The translations under genes and the position numbers were made by a program. A DNA stretch of 64,000 bases from positions 345,092,001 through 345,156,000 of the forward strand of contig OZ024741.1 of assembly GCA_964016885.1 (NCBI GenBank), given 5' to 3'. Below the pieces are notes generated by a model. The model ran no database searches and was not told the origin of the DNA. It was given only the letters and a program-made list of their open reading frames with translations. Shown here one piece after another: positions 28,516 through 41,373 of this stretch; position 1 is the stretch's first letter; each line of letters starts with the position of its first letter. This DNA is from Eledone cirrhosa (taxonomy: Eukaryota).

Positions 28516-30441
28516 TTGAAAAGACCACACTTCAACCTGAAGGATCATAAATCAAACTTTAACTCAAATCCTTCTATAAGACTTATATGTCCCTCCAAAT
28601 CAGATATTGGAATAATTAGCAAAAAAATTTTGGATAGAGTCATCCCACAAATAAGAAAACACGTTATTTTACCACTCTGGGAAAACACCTCCCAGGTAAT
28701 TAACTGGTTTAAAAATATTAGATGTAAATCTTCTGCTTCATTTCTACAATTTGATATAGATAATTACTATTCTTCTATATCACCTATACTCCTGAACAAA
28801 GCATTGATATTTGCTAAAAATAGATCTAACTTAACTTTGGATGACATTAATATTATTACACATGCTAGACTAACACTTATTGAATTTCAGAATGAATACT
28901 GGACCAGAAACACATATAGTAATCTATTTGATATTACTATGGGTTCAAGCGATTCCGCCCAAATTACTGATCTTGTGGGCCTCTTTCTCCTTTTCAACAT
29001 AAATGCCTCCTTTCCCCACCTCAAAGGTGGTTTATATCGTGATGACTGTCTTCTTCTTTCTAACAACCTTAGCCTTTCAGAAATTGAAAAAAACAAAAAA
29101 CATATTAGAACTTTCCTTAAAGACTATTATAATCTTCATATTACTTTTGAAAAAACAAGTAAAGTAGTAAATTTCCTAGATATAACTTTAGATTTAGCTA
29201 CGGGTATCTACCAACCTTACCATAAACCAAACCAAAACTTACATTACATACACTCACAATCTAATCACCCTAAATCTATCCTTAAAAACCTTGCATATAA
29301 TATATCACTTAGAATTTCTAACCTTTCTTCTAACCAAGATGTATTTGATAAAAATGCGACCTTCTATAACGAAGCTCTAGATAGAAGTGGCCACAAAAAT
29401 AGATTAGAATATATACCTTCTACTAAAAATACTAAAAGCATACAACCTAATATTACCAACAAACACCAAATGAAAAGTACACACCTAAATGCCACCCACA
29501 CTATACCCCAAAATACCAAATCTTCTAATATAAAATATAGTAACTCTCAAAAAACTACTCATCATACAACTCTAATAAATATTAATAATAAAACTCCTAA
29601 TAAAAAAGATAAAACACCTAAATCTACAAATATAACTAAAAATGGTTGTGGTGAGATCATTAACATTAATCCTCCTAGTAAACATCACGATACAACCTAT
29701 AAAAATAATAAAAATAATAAACAACATAGAAACCGTAATAGACGGGTTACTTGGTATAATGCTCCATTTAATTTACAAATTAAGGATAATATTGCTAAAA
29801 AATTTTTTTATATCCTAGAGAAAAACTTCCCGCCAAACCACAAATACCATCAAATCTTAAATAGGTCTACAGTTAAATTCTCATACTCAACAACAAATAA
29901 CATAAAACAAAATATAAGTGCCTATAATGCATATAAATGTAAGAAAACCATAAGTATACCACCAGTACATCAAATTAACCATAATATCTCCTCAAATACA
30001 GAATTAACGAAAGGTTGTAACTGTAGAAACAAAGCAAACTGCCCATTAAAAGGGAATTGTCTTGTTAACAACATAGTCTATAAATGTAATGTTAAAACTA
30101 AAGATTCTATTTGCTCATATATAGGAGCTACTTCTAACAATTTTAAGACAAGGTTTAATACCCACAAGCATAGTTTTAAAAATGCCGCACTGGCTAATAC
30201 AACATCTCTAGCAGAAAAAATCAATAGTTATAAAAATAAGAATATAGAATATGATTTGACCTGGAGTGTGCTCAAAAGAGCCACCCCTTATCAAAATAAT
30301 AGAAATGAATGTAGATTATGTTCCCAAGAACTATTTGAAATAATGAAATCCAAGGATATCCTATTAAATAAACGACAGGAATTAATTATATCGTGTAATC
30401 ATAAACTAAAAAAAACATTTAAATATTATAAACCTAATTAA
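28516..30441 (+). CDS. PLE polyprotein (reverse transcriptase + GIY-YIG endonuclease), 5'-truncated open frame
   Basis: Identical 641-aa translation to 26568-28493, with the same motifs. Confidence 0.92.
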   Translation: MKRPHFNLKDHKSNFNSNPSIRLICPSKSDIGIISKKILDRVIPQIRKHVILPLWENTSQVINWFKNIRCKSSASFLQFDIDNYYSSISPILLNKALIFAKNRSNLTLDDINIITHARLTLIEFQNEYWTRNTYSNLFDITMGSSDSAQITDLVGLFLLFNINASFPHLKGGLYRDDCLLLSNNLSLSEIEKNKKHIRTFLKDYYNLHITFEKTSKVVNFLDITLDLATGIYQPYHKPNQNLHYIHSQSNHPKSILKNLAYNISLRISNLSSNQDVFDKNATFYNEALDRSGHKNRLEYIPSTKNTKSIQPNITNKHQMKSTHLNATHTIPQNTKSSNIKYSNSQKTTHHTTLININNKTPNKKDKTPKSTNITKNGCGEIININPPSKHHDTTYKNNKNNKQHRNRNRRVTWYNAPFNLQIKDNIAKKFFYILEKNFPPNHKYHQILNRSTVKFSYSTTNNIKQNISAYNAYKCKKTISIPPVHQINHNISSNTELTKGCNCRNKANCPLKGNCLVNNIVYKCNVKTKDSICSYIGATSNNFKTRFNTHKHSFKNAALANTTSLAEKINSYKNKNIEYDLTWSVLKRATPYQNNRNECRLCSQELFEIMKSKDILLNKRQELIISCNHKLKKTFKYYKPN

Positions 30442-30933
30442 TAACATTATTTTAGAAATTAATTTAATTTAAATGTTAGTTAACCTATAAATTTAATTTA
30501 ATTAAAATTCTACTACAGATGAGAATATAAAATATTGTGTAATCATAAATTGTGAAAAACCTTTAAATATTACTAATATATACTTAGTAATTTAATTTAT
30601 AGATTAATTTTAATTTATTTAAACCTTTTATTAAAATTCCTTTACAGATAAAATATAACAAAATATCGTGTATCCAATGACAGAGAAATAATTTTTAGTA
30701 TTATAGACCTAATTAATATACATTTTAGAAATATATTTATAATTTGGTTTTAAATTTAGTCAACCTAAAAATTTAATTTAATTGGCTTAAAATTAGTATC
30801 CTAATACAGACGGATTGCAGAGTGTCATGTAATCATAGAATGGGATGTGTTTTGGATGTATACCTAGTTAATATATTCTTTGCAATTTTTGAAAAAATAT
30901 GTATATGTATGTATGTATATGTATGTGTATGTA

Positions 30934-31006
<73 letters not shown>

Positions 31007-31999
31007 ATGTATATGTATATGTATATGTATTAATTTTGATTTCTATTTGCATATAATTATATTCTGCTATTGATAAAATACAATATCTGTTTTATTTATT
31101 ATATACCTAATTAACATATACTATAGAAATTAATATATAATTTTTAATTTAGTTAACCTATAATTTATATTCTACTACCGATGTAATACTTTATTTGTTT
31201 TTTCCCTATTACTAAATTCATTTCCTAATATTGATACCATAACGTTAATAACTTTAATTTAGTTATACTATAATTAATACTCTACTACTATTTAACTTCA
31301 AAATTCTGCTTCAAATATTATAAACCTAACTAATTTACACCTTAGAAATCAATATGTTAACTATCTTTAGTTTAGTTAACATATAATTAATGGTATACTT
31401 ATTTTGAAATGCATAATTTTGCCTTATTTCTTGCATTTCCTAACACTGAAACTATGTAAAAACATATATTGGGATCCAGATACAGATAATATTCTATGTT
31501 TCTTGAAACATATATTTACTATAATCCCCTTCTCCACCCCCCCCTTTCCCCCATACTATTATCATCTGTGTTTGTAAGCGTGTATGTATGAATATATATG
31601 TAGGTTGGTGTATATATGTTTGGGTGTTTATATCTGAATATAAAAATACATATATGCGCATGCAAATAAGAATGTAAGATTGTGTGTATATATATGTGTG
31701 TATGTGTATATATATGTGTATATATGCATGTGTATGTATATGTGTATATGTATATATATATATATATGTGTATATGTGTATATGTGTGTGGGCGTGTATG
31801 TGTGTGTGTATATATATATATATATGTGTGTATGTATGTGTATGTATATGTGTGTATATATATGTATGTCTCTCTATATATATGTCTATCTTCGTATCTA
31901 TGTGGGTATATGTGTGTATGTACATGTATGCACATGTATATGTTTATGTGTATATGTGTGTATGTGTATATATGTACGTGTGCGCACATATATATGTGA

Positions 32000-32037
<38 letters not shown>

Positions 32038-32662
32038 GTATATCTATGTGTGTATATATGTCTATATTCGTATGTGTATATATATATATATATATATATT
32101 ATTTATTATTATAATATAACTTATGTGTATGTGTGTATATGTGAGGGTGTGTATATGTATATATGTGTATATATATGTGTAAAAATATATATGTGTATGT
32201 GTGTTTTTTGTGTGTGTGTATATATATGTATGTATATATGTGTGTATGTGTGTGTTTGTATGTGTGTTTATGGTTGTATGTGTGTGTGGGTGTATATATA
32301 TAAATGTATGTGTATATATATATATATATGTGTATATGTATCTCTATTAATGTGTGTATATATGTATATGTATATACCTTTTTCTTTGTATGTCTGAGTT
32401 GTGTGAGAGTGTAGTGGTGTTTGTATGTATATACGCATATATGGATGCGTATGTATTTGTATATATGAGTATATGTAAGTGCGTATGTATGTATGAATAT
32501 ATATCTATGTCTATGTATGAGTATATATGTGTGTGTATGTATGTTGTGTGTGTATGTATGTATGTGTCTATGTGTGTATATATATATATATATATGTGTA
32601 TATGTATGTATGTATGTGTATGTAAGTACATATATGTGTATGTATATGTGTATGTGTATATA

Positions 32663-32699
<37 letters not shown>

Positions 32700-33216
32700 T
32701 TATTTTATATATATGTGTGTGTGTGTATGTGTGTGTGTGTATATATATCTTTATATATGTGTATGTGTATGTTCGTGTAGGTGTATGTGTGTGTATGACT
32801 ATATATGTATGTGTGTATGTGTGTATGTATGTATATGTATGTGTGTGTACATGTATGTATGTGTATGTATATATATATGTGTATATGTGTATGTATATAT
32901 ATATATATATATGTGTATATATATATATATGTATATGTATCTCTATTTGTATGTGTATATGTGTATAGGTATATACCTTTTTCTTTGTATGTCTGAGTTG
33001 TGTGAGAGTGTAGTGGTGTTTGTATGTATATACCGATATATGGATGCGTAAGTATTTGTGTGTATGTATGTATGTATGTATGTATGTATGTATTTGTGTG
33101 TATATATAGGTATGTATGTGTATATCTGTATGTATATAAGTATGTATGTGTATGTATATGTGCGTGTATGTGTATATATATGTGTGTCTATATATGTATG
33201 TGTGATTATATGTGTA

Positions 33217-33265
<49 letters not shown>

Positions 33266-33333
33266 ATATGTGTGTATGTGTGTATATGTATATGTTTATA
33301 TATATGTGTGTGTATGTGTGTTCTATGTGTAGA

Positions 33334-33387
<54 letters not shown>

Positions 33388-34015
33388 ATTGATATATTTC
33401 TTTTTTCTTTTTTCTTTTTCTTTTCTTTCCTTTTTATTTTTTATTTTTTATTTCTTAGTTTATAGATACATCTATAAATAAGCAGTCTGCCCAAACCGTT
33501 GAATACTGACCTATCCCCCCCTCCCACCTAATTTCTGTATCTTGATCTAAGTGTGTGTGGCAGTGTTTATGTGAGTGAATTAATATCCATGTGCTTATGA
33601 TAATATTATATCCACATATATATATGTGTGTGGGGGTGTGTGTGTGTATGTATGTTCGTAATTATGTGTATGTTTATGCATATACGCGCGCGTGTGTGTG
33701 AGTGTACGGATATGTGTGAGTATGAGAATATGTGTATACACTTATTTCATATTTATGTGTCTATACGCATCTTATCTGTGCATTATAAACTTACAGAGAC
33801 ATTAGCCTTGAAATTTTGTATTTGCATGCATCTTTTTGGCATGCGTATGCATGTTGAGCATACATCTTTGTATAAATATGTGTACGGGGTAGTTACATGT
33901 ATATACACACACCAAACTGCATAAAACCTTTTGTATTTTCATTGGTCAATTTTGAACTCTGTTCCCAAACGGACCTGAAATTTTGAATTGTTGTTATTAT
34001 CAATAAATATATTTA

Positions 34016-34164
34016 ATTATTTCTGAAGACGGCGTATATGTGTGTTTGGTATGTATATTTAATCTTGATAGTTTGTATAATTTTGTATAATTTTGTACAT
34101 AGATCTGTTGAATATGCATGCCAATTCTAACACATATATATCCTAGAAACGATCATTAAATAAT
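34016..34164 (+). ncRNA. PLE-associated hammerhead motif with G>A change in stem III
   Basis: ATTATTT-CTGAAGA...GAAA-CGATCA-TT-AAATAAT (left arm has CGATCG). Confidence 0.65.
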
Positions 34165-34221
34165 GAACTTTTTTTGTTTAATATAAGGAACTGTTTCATT
34201 GTTTTATTCATTATTTGTTTA

Positions 34222-34262
<41 letters not shown>

Positions 34263-34287
34263 ATATATATGTATATGTATGTGTGGG

Positions 34288-34321
<34 letters not shown>

Positions 34322-34619
34322 TGTATTTATATGTATGGGTATATGTTTCACTTATTTTTATGTGTATGCATACAAACAGGTCAATATGCGTGAGGTTAAG
34401 TATGTGTATGTGTGTGTGTGTACGTACGTATGTATCGAACGTATGGATGTGTAAATGTGCGTATGTATATAAGCATGTATATTTTATGTCTCTCTTTTAT
34501 GTTTTTTATGTTTTTTTATATTTCTTTTGTGAGACATTCGCGTCTGTGTATGTACGAACCCCCCCCCCCCTATATATTTTTTGTTTCCTTTTTTTGAGTT
34601 TTTTCCTTCTATAAAAAAT

Positions 34620-34821
34620 ATTTTTATTTCTATTTTTTATTTCTAATTTTATGGATACATTTTTATAAGTATGTCGAGATTGACACTTTCCTTTAATTAC
34701 TTACTCCCTTACCTCCTTTACTTCTGCATCTAAATGTAAGTGTGTGTGGGCGTGTTTATGTGAGCGCCTCAATATCCATATATTTATAATAATAATATAT
34801 ATGTATGTGTGTGTGTCTATG

Positions 34822-34864
<43 letters not shown>

Positions 34865-35496
34865 GTATGTGTGTGTGTATGCATGTGTATATGTATGTAT
34901 ATATGTATATTCTGTCTGTAGATTGTAGACATACAGATACATTAGCCCCAAATTTTTATATTTACATACACTTTTTCAACATACGTATACATATGAGCAT
35001 ACATTTTTATGCACATCTGTGAACGGATTTACATACATATATACACACACCTAACTGTATTTTCTTGATGAATTTTTATGTATTTCATTGGTCTATTTAA
35101 AATCTGTTCCCAAACAGACCTGTAATTTTGAATTGTTGTTATTATCAATAAATATGCATCATTATTTCTGAAGACAGCATATATATGTAAAGGTATGTAT
35201 ATTCTATCTGATAGTTTGTATAATTTTGTACATAGATCTTTTGAATATGCATACCAATTCTAACACATATATGTCCTAGAAACGATCGTAAAATAATGAA
35301 CTTTTTTTGTTTAATATAAGGAACTGTTTCTTTGTTTATTCATTATTTTTTTAATAATTTATCTTGACTCTGTATTCCGTTTATCTTTCACCGAAAGTGA
35401 TTTTTGAATGCATCTCTTCTTTTCATGATATCCGGATTACATTGAGTTCTTCATACGGATTGGACACTACCGTAAACTTTTGGTAGATTTATCTAC
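34620..35496 (+). mobile_element. Diverged tandem copy of the PLE 3' end (pseudo-LTR-like)
   Basis: Collinear but diverged homology to 33440-34230, plus the terminal ~135 bp matching the reverse complement of 22636-22770. Confidence 0.8.
35160..35298 (+). ncRNA. PLE-associated hammerhead ribozyme, long stem II
   Basis: CATTATTT-CTGAAGA...GAAA-CGATCG-TA-AAATAATG. Confidence 0.75.
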
Positions 35497-36065
35497 ATAT
35501 ATATATATATATATAAAATATATATATATATATATATAAAATAACAGATTAAAGTTTAAGCAAAGAATCGCTGCTTTCACCCTTAACGGGATCTTCTGAA
35601 ACTAAAATAATCAATCTGTGAACGCCGAAGTAAATATTTCGAAAAAAGTTGCAACCGAAGCAAAACAGGAAGACGATAATTTGGTTCGTGAAGACGTCAT
35701 AATGTCGTAATGCAGACAGCCAGACAGACAGATATTATAAGGGTGCAACGTTGTAGCTATCTATCTATCTAAAAAGACAGACTAAGAGGGAGAGAGAGAG
35801 AGATCGCTTTTTCGCCTAATGCGGTCCCTAGGGCATTGAACATTTGAAATATTTGAAAATTTGAAATATTTAAAAGGAAACCAAACAAGCAAACCAAACT
35901 TTACACATGTAATACTTATTACATGTGTAAAGTTTGAAAAACATCGGTTGGGTTGTTCTCGAGTTTTAGGGAGTCAGACAGACAGACAAACATTCTCTGT
36001 TTTAGATATACAGATTACTGGTTGGTTGGTTCAATAACCGGATGGTCAAAATTGTTTCGTCACAC

Positions 36066-36141
<76 letters not shown>

Positions 36142-36185
36142 GGACAGAGTGAGAATCTGAGAGAGTAAAAGAAAGAAGGAGAGAA

Positions 36186-36960
36186 TAGGTATTTTTATCA
36201 GTATATATATTTGTACAATAAATGGGAGTTTTATACAGAAATTATATGTGGTAATTGGATAAATTTGTGCCAGCATCTGCGGTTATACAAATAATTAAGA
36301 TTAAAAAGATTTGGTTGAAAATAAAGTAATATAATATTATTTATGAGGAAAGATTATAATGAGTTTTTAGGTAAAATTTATATATAAAATTTGATTGTTT
36401 TTTTTTTGTTTTCTTTATTATAAATGCTTTGAAAATTCAATAATAAACTAGGATTATATTCCTTATTATTGATTTGTAAAAATAAAGTTATTTTACCTGA
36501 GTATTATGAATTATGTTTACTTTTATAAGATTACGTGTTTATTTAAAACTTAAAAAGTTTGGCGGTTCTACATATCCAATTAGGTGAGCTTGTTAATTTA
36601 TTTGATAATACTCAATTTAAACTAACTTTTTTTTGAAATTGTATATAAGTTCAGTTTGTATATTGCTGTCGTCAGTTTATGTTTTAAGAATTATGTTAAA
36701 AGACTAGAAAATATTTAAATTTTTATGTCAAGTCATAATGCATCTTATAAAGAAGGTTTAATGAGCTACTATAGTTAATTTTATTTTATTCCGGATTTAA
36801 AATTATATATTTTTATAGAAAGGTGGACTTAATAGTAATTTTTAATTAGTGTGTATATGTGAATAATGGTTTTGTAGGGTGTACATATCGCCCGTCACTC
36901 TTGTTATTTAGATAAGATAAGTCGTAACATAGTAGAGGTAATGGAAATTGTTTCTGGATT
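36186..36960 (+). rRNA. rrnS: Mitochondrial 12S rRNA (NUMT copy, 5'-truncated)
   Basis: GTGCCAGCATCTGCGGTTATAC, GTACATATCGCCCGTCAC, AAGTCGTAACATAGTA motifs. Confidence 0.9.
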
Positions 36961-36974
36961 TATATAATAAAATA

Positions 36975-37044
36975 CAAGAATTAACATAAGTATAATGTGT
37001 CTCACTTACGTTGAGAAAATATTTATTGATTTAATTATTTTTGA
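36975..37044 (+). tRNA. trnV: mt tRNA-Val (NUMT)
   Basis: TAC anticodon in CTCA-cttacgt-TGAG arm; between rrnS and rrnL. Confidence 0.75.
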
Positions 37045-37858
37045 AAGTTAATAAAATAGTTATTATTTAAATAGTTTAGATTAAAAATTTTAAATAGAAT
37101 TAGTAAGAGGGTTAGAAGAATGTTAAAATTGATTGTACTGAAAAGGGTGTTTAAAAAAATTAATGTATAGTAAATATTAATGATTGTATCTTTTGTATAA
37201 TAGATTAATAATATTAATAAGTAAATATTAGGTTCTCGAAATAGGAAGATTTATTTATTATATTGGTTTGTTAACGTGGTAAAGTTATATATTTAATAAT
37301 AAATGGTAGTGAAATGCTATTCGATTTTTATGGTAGCTAGTTTATTATATAGACATTTGAGTGTGTATTATAATTAAATTATAATTAATAATTGGTTTTA
37401 ATATAAATTTGGGGGAAAAGCTTCTTGTAAAGTGTGGTGAGAATTAAATTTAATATAATAATTTGGTTTAAGTGAAATTAAGAGTTTATCTTATAATTAA
37501 AAATAACTTTTATATTTATTAATTTTTCTTTATTTGATGATTAATAAATTATTTATAATAATTGAATAAATTATATATAATGTTAATATGAGTATTTCAG
37601 TGAATATAAAATATATATAGTTATAAAGGTATTAAATAAATCTATCTGGTGATGTAGCAATATTATTTTAGTTTAAAATAATTAAATATAGTAAAGGAAT
37701 TTAGCAAATATTAATTTCGCCTGTTTATCAAAAACATGTCTCTTTGATTAGATATAATAAAGAGTTGGGCCTGCTCGGTGATATTTTTAACAGCTGCGGT
37801 ATTATAACTGTACTAAGGTAGCATAATAATTTGCCTTATAAATTAAGGCTAGAATGAA
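37045..37858 (+). rRNA. rrnL: Mitochondrial 16S rRNA 5' part (NUMT, 3'-truncated)
   Basis: CGCCTGTTTATCAAAAACAT and AAGGTAGCATAAT motifs; breaks off after CTAGAATGAAT. Confidence 0.9.
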
Positions 37859-37895
37859 TTGGAAGTTATAGATTAAATGTATATTTATTTTTTGA
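37859..37895 (+). pseudogene. trnP: 3' half of mt tRNA-Pro (NUMT)
   Basis: Begins at TTGGAA (TGG anticodon) and ends TTTTGA immediately before nad6, the expected position. Confidence 0.6.
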
Positions 37896-37896
37896 T

Positions 37897-38409
37897 ATGG
37901 GAATAGTTGTAATGTTTTCAATAGGGTTTTCTTTAGTGAGGATATTATTAATTTTAATTCAACCATTGAGGTTAGGGTTTATAATTATAATAATTAGTAT
38001 TTATATAAGAGTTTTGGTTTCTTTTTTTATTTATTCTTGATATGGATTTATATTATTTTTGGTTTATATTGGGGGTTTATTAGTTATATTTATATATATT
38101 ATTAGATTAATTCCTAATTTAATTTTTTTATCTAAAGGTATAATGGTTTATTTGTTTATATTAATAATTGGTTTTTTTATTATAAATTACTATGTTATGG
38201 AAAGATTAATGGATTTAGTAGTTATAAAATTTGAATATTTAGAGTTTAATAATTTAAGAATGTTTTCTTCTACTTTATTGATGAGGAAATATAATATTTT
38301 AGGATATATTTTTTTAGGAATTATTTTGTTATTGGTATTAATTAGTGTTGTTAAAATTTGTTATTATTGTGAGGGGGCTTTACGAGTTTTTAAATATAAA
38401 TATGCTAAG
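37897..38409 (+). pseudogene. nad6: nad6 (NUMT)
   Basis: SWYGFMLFLVYIGGLLVMFMY...EGALR in the invertebrate mitochondrial code; end approximate. Confidence 0.85.
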
Positions 38410-39539
38410 TTCGTTACGAAAAACACATCCTGTTTTAAAAATTGTTAATAGGGCGTTGATTGATTTACCTTCTCCTGTAAATTTATTTATTTGATGGAAT
38501 TTTGGGTCTTTATTAGGATTATGTTTAATTATTCAGGTTTTAAGGGGATTATTTTTGGCTATACATTATACATCATGTGTTGAATATTCATTTGATTCAG
38601 TTATTCATATTATACGGGATGTTAATTATGGTTGAGTTTTACGTTATATTCATGCTAATGGAGCTTCTTTTTTTTTTATTTGTCTTTATTTACATATTGG
38701 TCGGGGTTTATATTATGGTTTATATTTAAATGTATATACTTGAAATGTTGGTGTGGTATTATATGTGTTGGTTATATTAACTGCATTTGTAGGATATGTT
38801 CTTCCTTGAGGTCAAATATCATTTTGAGGGGCAACAGTAATTACTAATTTAATATCAGTAGTACTTTATATTGAGGAAAGTTTAGTGTATTGAATTTGAG
38901 GAGAATTTTCTGTAGATAATGCTACATTAAGACGTTTTTTTTGTTTTCATTTTTTATTTCCTTTTGTAATTATAGGTTGGTTATTTTACATTTTTTGTTT
39001 TTACATGAAATAGGATCTAACAATCCTTTAGGGGTAAATAGGAATTTAGATAAAATTCCTTTTCATCATTATCATAGGTATAAGGATGTTTTAGGGTTTT
39101 TAGTTATAATATTTTTATTAGTTGAGTTAAGTTTATTATCTCCTAATATATTAGGAGATGCAGAAAATTTTATTCCTGCAAATCCGTTAGTAACACCTAT
39201 TCATATTAAACCGGAGTGATATTTTTTATTTGCATATGCAATTCTTCGTTCTATTCCTAATAAAATAGGGGTGTTATTAGTTTAATAATATCAATTTTAA
39301 TTTTGTTTTTTTGTCCTCTTTTTCATATTAGAGGGTGTACTGGGTTAAGATATAATTTTTTGTCTCAATTTTTTTTTTTATATTTAATTGGAGTATTTTT
39401 TATTTTGACATGAATTGGGGGGTGTCCAGTAGAGTATCCTTATGAGTTAATTGGACAAATTTTTAGGATTATATATTTTGCTTGTTTTTTATTTCGACCT
39501 ATTTTAGATTATTTATGAATATATATATCAGAATATTAA
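38402..39539 (+). pseudogene. cob: cytochrome b (NUMT, frameshifted)
   Basis: [47 protein letters not shown]; -1 frameshifts at ~38977 and ~39268. Confidence 0.92.
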
Positions 39540-39601
39540 GTTATATTGGATGAGAGGAGATTTTGAAAATCTTTTATAAGTGTTCGATTCACTTGTAACT
39601 T
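39539..39601 (+). tRNA. trnS2: mt tRNA-Ser(UCN) (NUMT)
   Basis: TGA anticodon arm AGAT-tttgaaa-ATCT; GTTCGATTC T-arm. Confidence 0.8.
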
Positions 39602-39602
39602 T

Positions 39603-39670
39603 AGTTATAGAAATATTATATTTAATTTTGGTTTACAAGACCATAGTTTTATATTTTAAACTACTATAAC
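39603..39670 (-). tRNA. trnT: mt tRNA-Thr (NUMT)
   Basis: Minus strand TGGT-cttgtaa-ACCA arm; acceptor GTTATAG/CTATAAC. Confidence 0.8.
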
Positions 39671-39674
39671 GTTT

Positions 39675-39971
39675 ATGATTATAAATAATGGATTGTTATT
39701 AGGAGGATATATATATATATGTGGGTTAATTATTTTAATATTTCAATGAAAACATGTTTTAAATATATTATTAGGATTTGAGGTGTTGACATTGAGGGTG
39801 GTATTTATATTAATATTTTCTTGAGGTTATATTAGATTAAGAATATATATAGTTATTTTATTGATTGTTTTGGGGGTTTGTGAAGCTTCTTTAGGTTTAT
39901 CTTTATTAGTTAGATTTATTCGTCTTCATGGAAATGATTACGTTGGAAATATAAGTGTAATAAAATTATAG
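39675..39971 (+). pseudogene. nad4L: nad4L (NUMT)
   Basis: 297-nt frame ATG..TAG with VCEASLGLSLLV...HGND. Confidence 0.88.
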
Positions 39972-41309
39972 GTGTAGTATTTAGATTATTAAGTATATTA
40001 TTTGTTGTATATTGGAGTTGAGAATTACGTTTTTGGTTTATATTAGTTTTTAGATTTTTAGTATTTAAATATTTAATAGTGGATAATTGAGGAATATATA
40101 TATATATTATTTTTATGTAGATAGATTATCAGGTGTATTGGTATTATTAAGATTATGGACAAGAAGATTAATGTTATTGTCTAGGTATAATTCTATTAAA
40201 ATTAATAATAATAAAGTTTATATTTTTCTTTATGTGTTTTATTATTATGTTTAGTGGTTATATTATTTTTTTTAATAGATAATATACTGATATTTTATTT
40301 GTTTTTTGAATTATCTTTAATTCCAACGTTGTTTTTAATTTTGGGGTGAGGATATCAACCGGAGCGTTTGCAAGCTGGTATATATATAATAATATATACG
40401 GTAATGGCTTCTTTACCGTTGTTATTATGTATTTTATTAATAAGATATTATGAGGGAACTGTTAATATAAATATATATATATATGAATTTTGAATTTAGA
40501 TGTTTATTGATTTGTAGGATTATTATTTGCTTTTTTAGTAAAATTACCTTTATATTATTTTCATTTATGATTACCAAAAGCTCATGTTGAGGCTCCTATT
40601 TCAGGTTCAATAATTTTAGCTAGAGTATTATTAAAATTAGGGGGGGGGGTATGGTATTATACGATTTTTATATTTGTTTAATTTTATAAGAGGATTTCAT
40701 ATTAAATTTTTAATAATTTTATGTGTATGAGGTGGTATTATGACATCTATTATTTGTGTTGGTCAAAGAGATATTAAAAGGTTAATTGCTTATTCGTCAG
40801 TTGGTCATATAGGAGTTATATTAGGAGGAATGATAAGGGGGTTTATTTTAGGTTGAGAAGGTGCTTTATTAATAATAATTTGTCATGGAATATGTTCATC
40901 TGGATTATTTTGTTTAGGGAATTTAATTTATGAGAAAGTAAATAGTCGAAGTTTATTTTTATATGGGGGAATAATTAACTATAATCCTATAATAAGTTTA
41001 TTTATATTTTTATTATGTATTTGTAATATAGGAGCTCCTCCTTTTGTGGGGTTAGTATCTGAGGTTATATTATATATATCTTTATATATATATAGATTTT
41101 TTTTTATATTATTTATTATTATTATAGTATTTTTAGGTGGATTATATAATTTACTAATATATGTAATGGTTCAACATGGGGAAATAATAAGTTTTATAAA
41201 AGTAATAAAAATTAATAAGAATAATGAAAATTTACTTTTATTGTTACATATTATTCCTTTATTAGGGTTTATTTTAAATGTTGGTTATATTAGAAAAATA
41301 TTTTTTTAA
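39968..41309 (+). pseudogene. nad4: nad4 (NUMT, frameshifted)
   Basis: [34 protein letters not shown]; frameshifts in (AT)n ~40100 and poly-G ~40640. Confidence 0.92.
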
Positions 41310-41373
41310 ATGAAATTAGTTTATTTAAAATACTAGGTTGTGGGCTTAGAGAAAAATATTATTTTATTTCATT
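41309..41373 (+). tRNA. trnH: mt tRNA-His (NUMT)
   Basis: GTG anticodon; acceptor AATGAAA/TTTCATT; between nad4 and nad5. Confidence 0.78.

Larger units (their letters stand above)
22770..34230. repeat. ~11.5 kb near-perfect palindrome (arms ~5.7 kb, 6-nt spacer AGACCA at 28502-28507)
   Basis: Mirror-image identical 641-aa ORFs. Flanks are reverse complements that differ only in microsatellite lengths and a few substitutions. Confidence 0.95.
28508..34230 (+). mobile_element. Penelope-like retroelement, right copy
   Basis: Reverse complement of the left copy; stops ~135 bp short of the left copy's 3' end, at (TA)n. Confidence 0.9.

Noticed and set aside
27913-29096. Mirror 69-aa antisense ORFs
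   Set aside because: Antisense by-products of the PLE RT region, duplicated by the palindrome.
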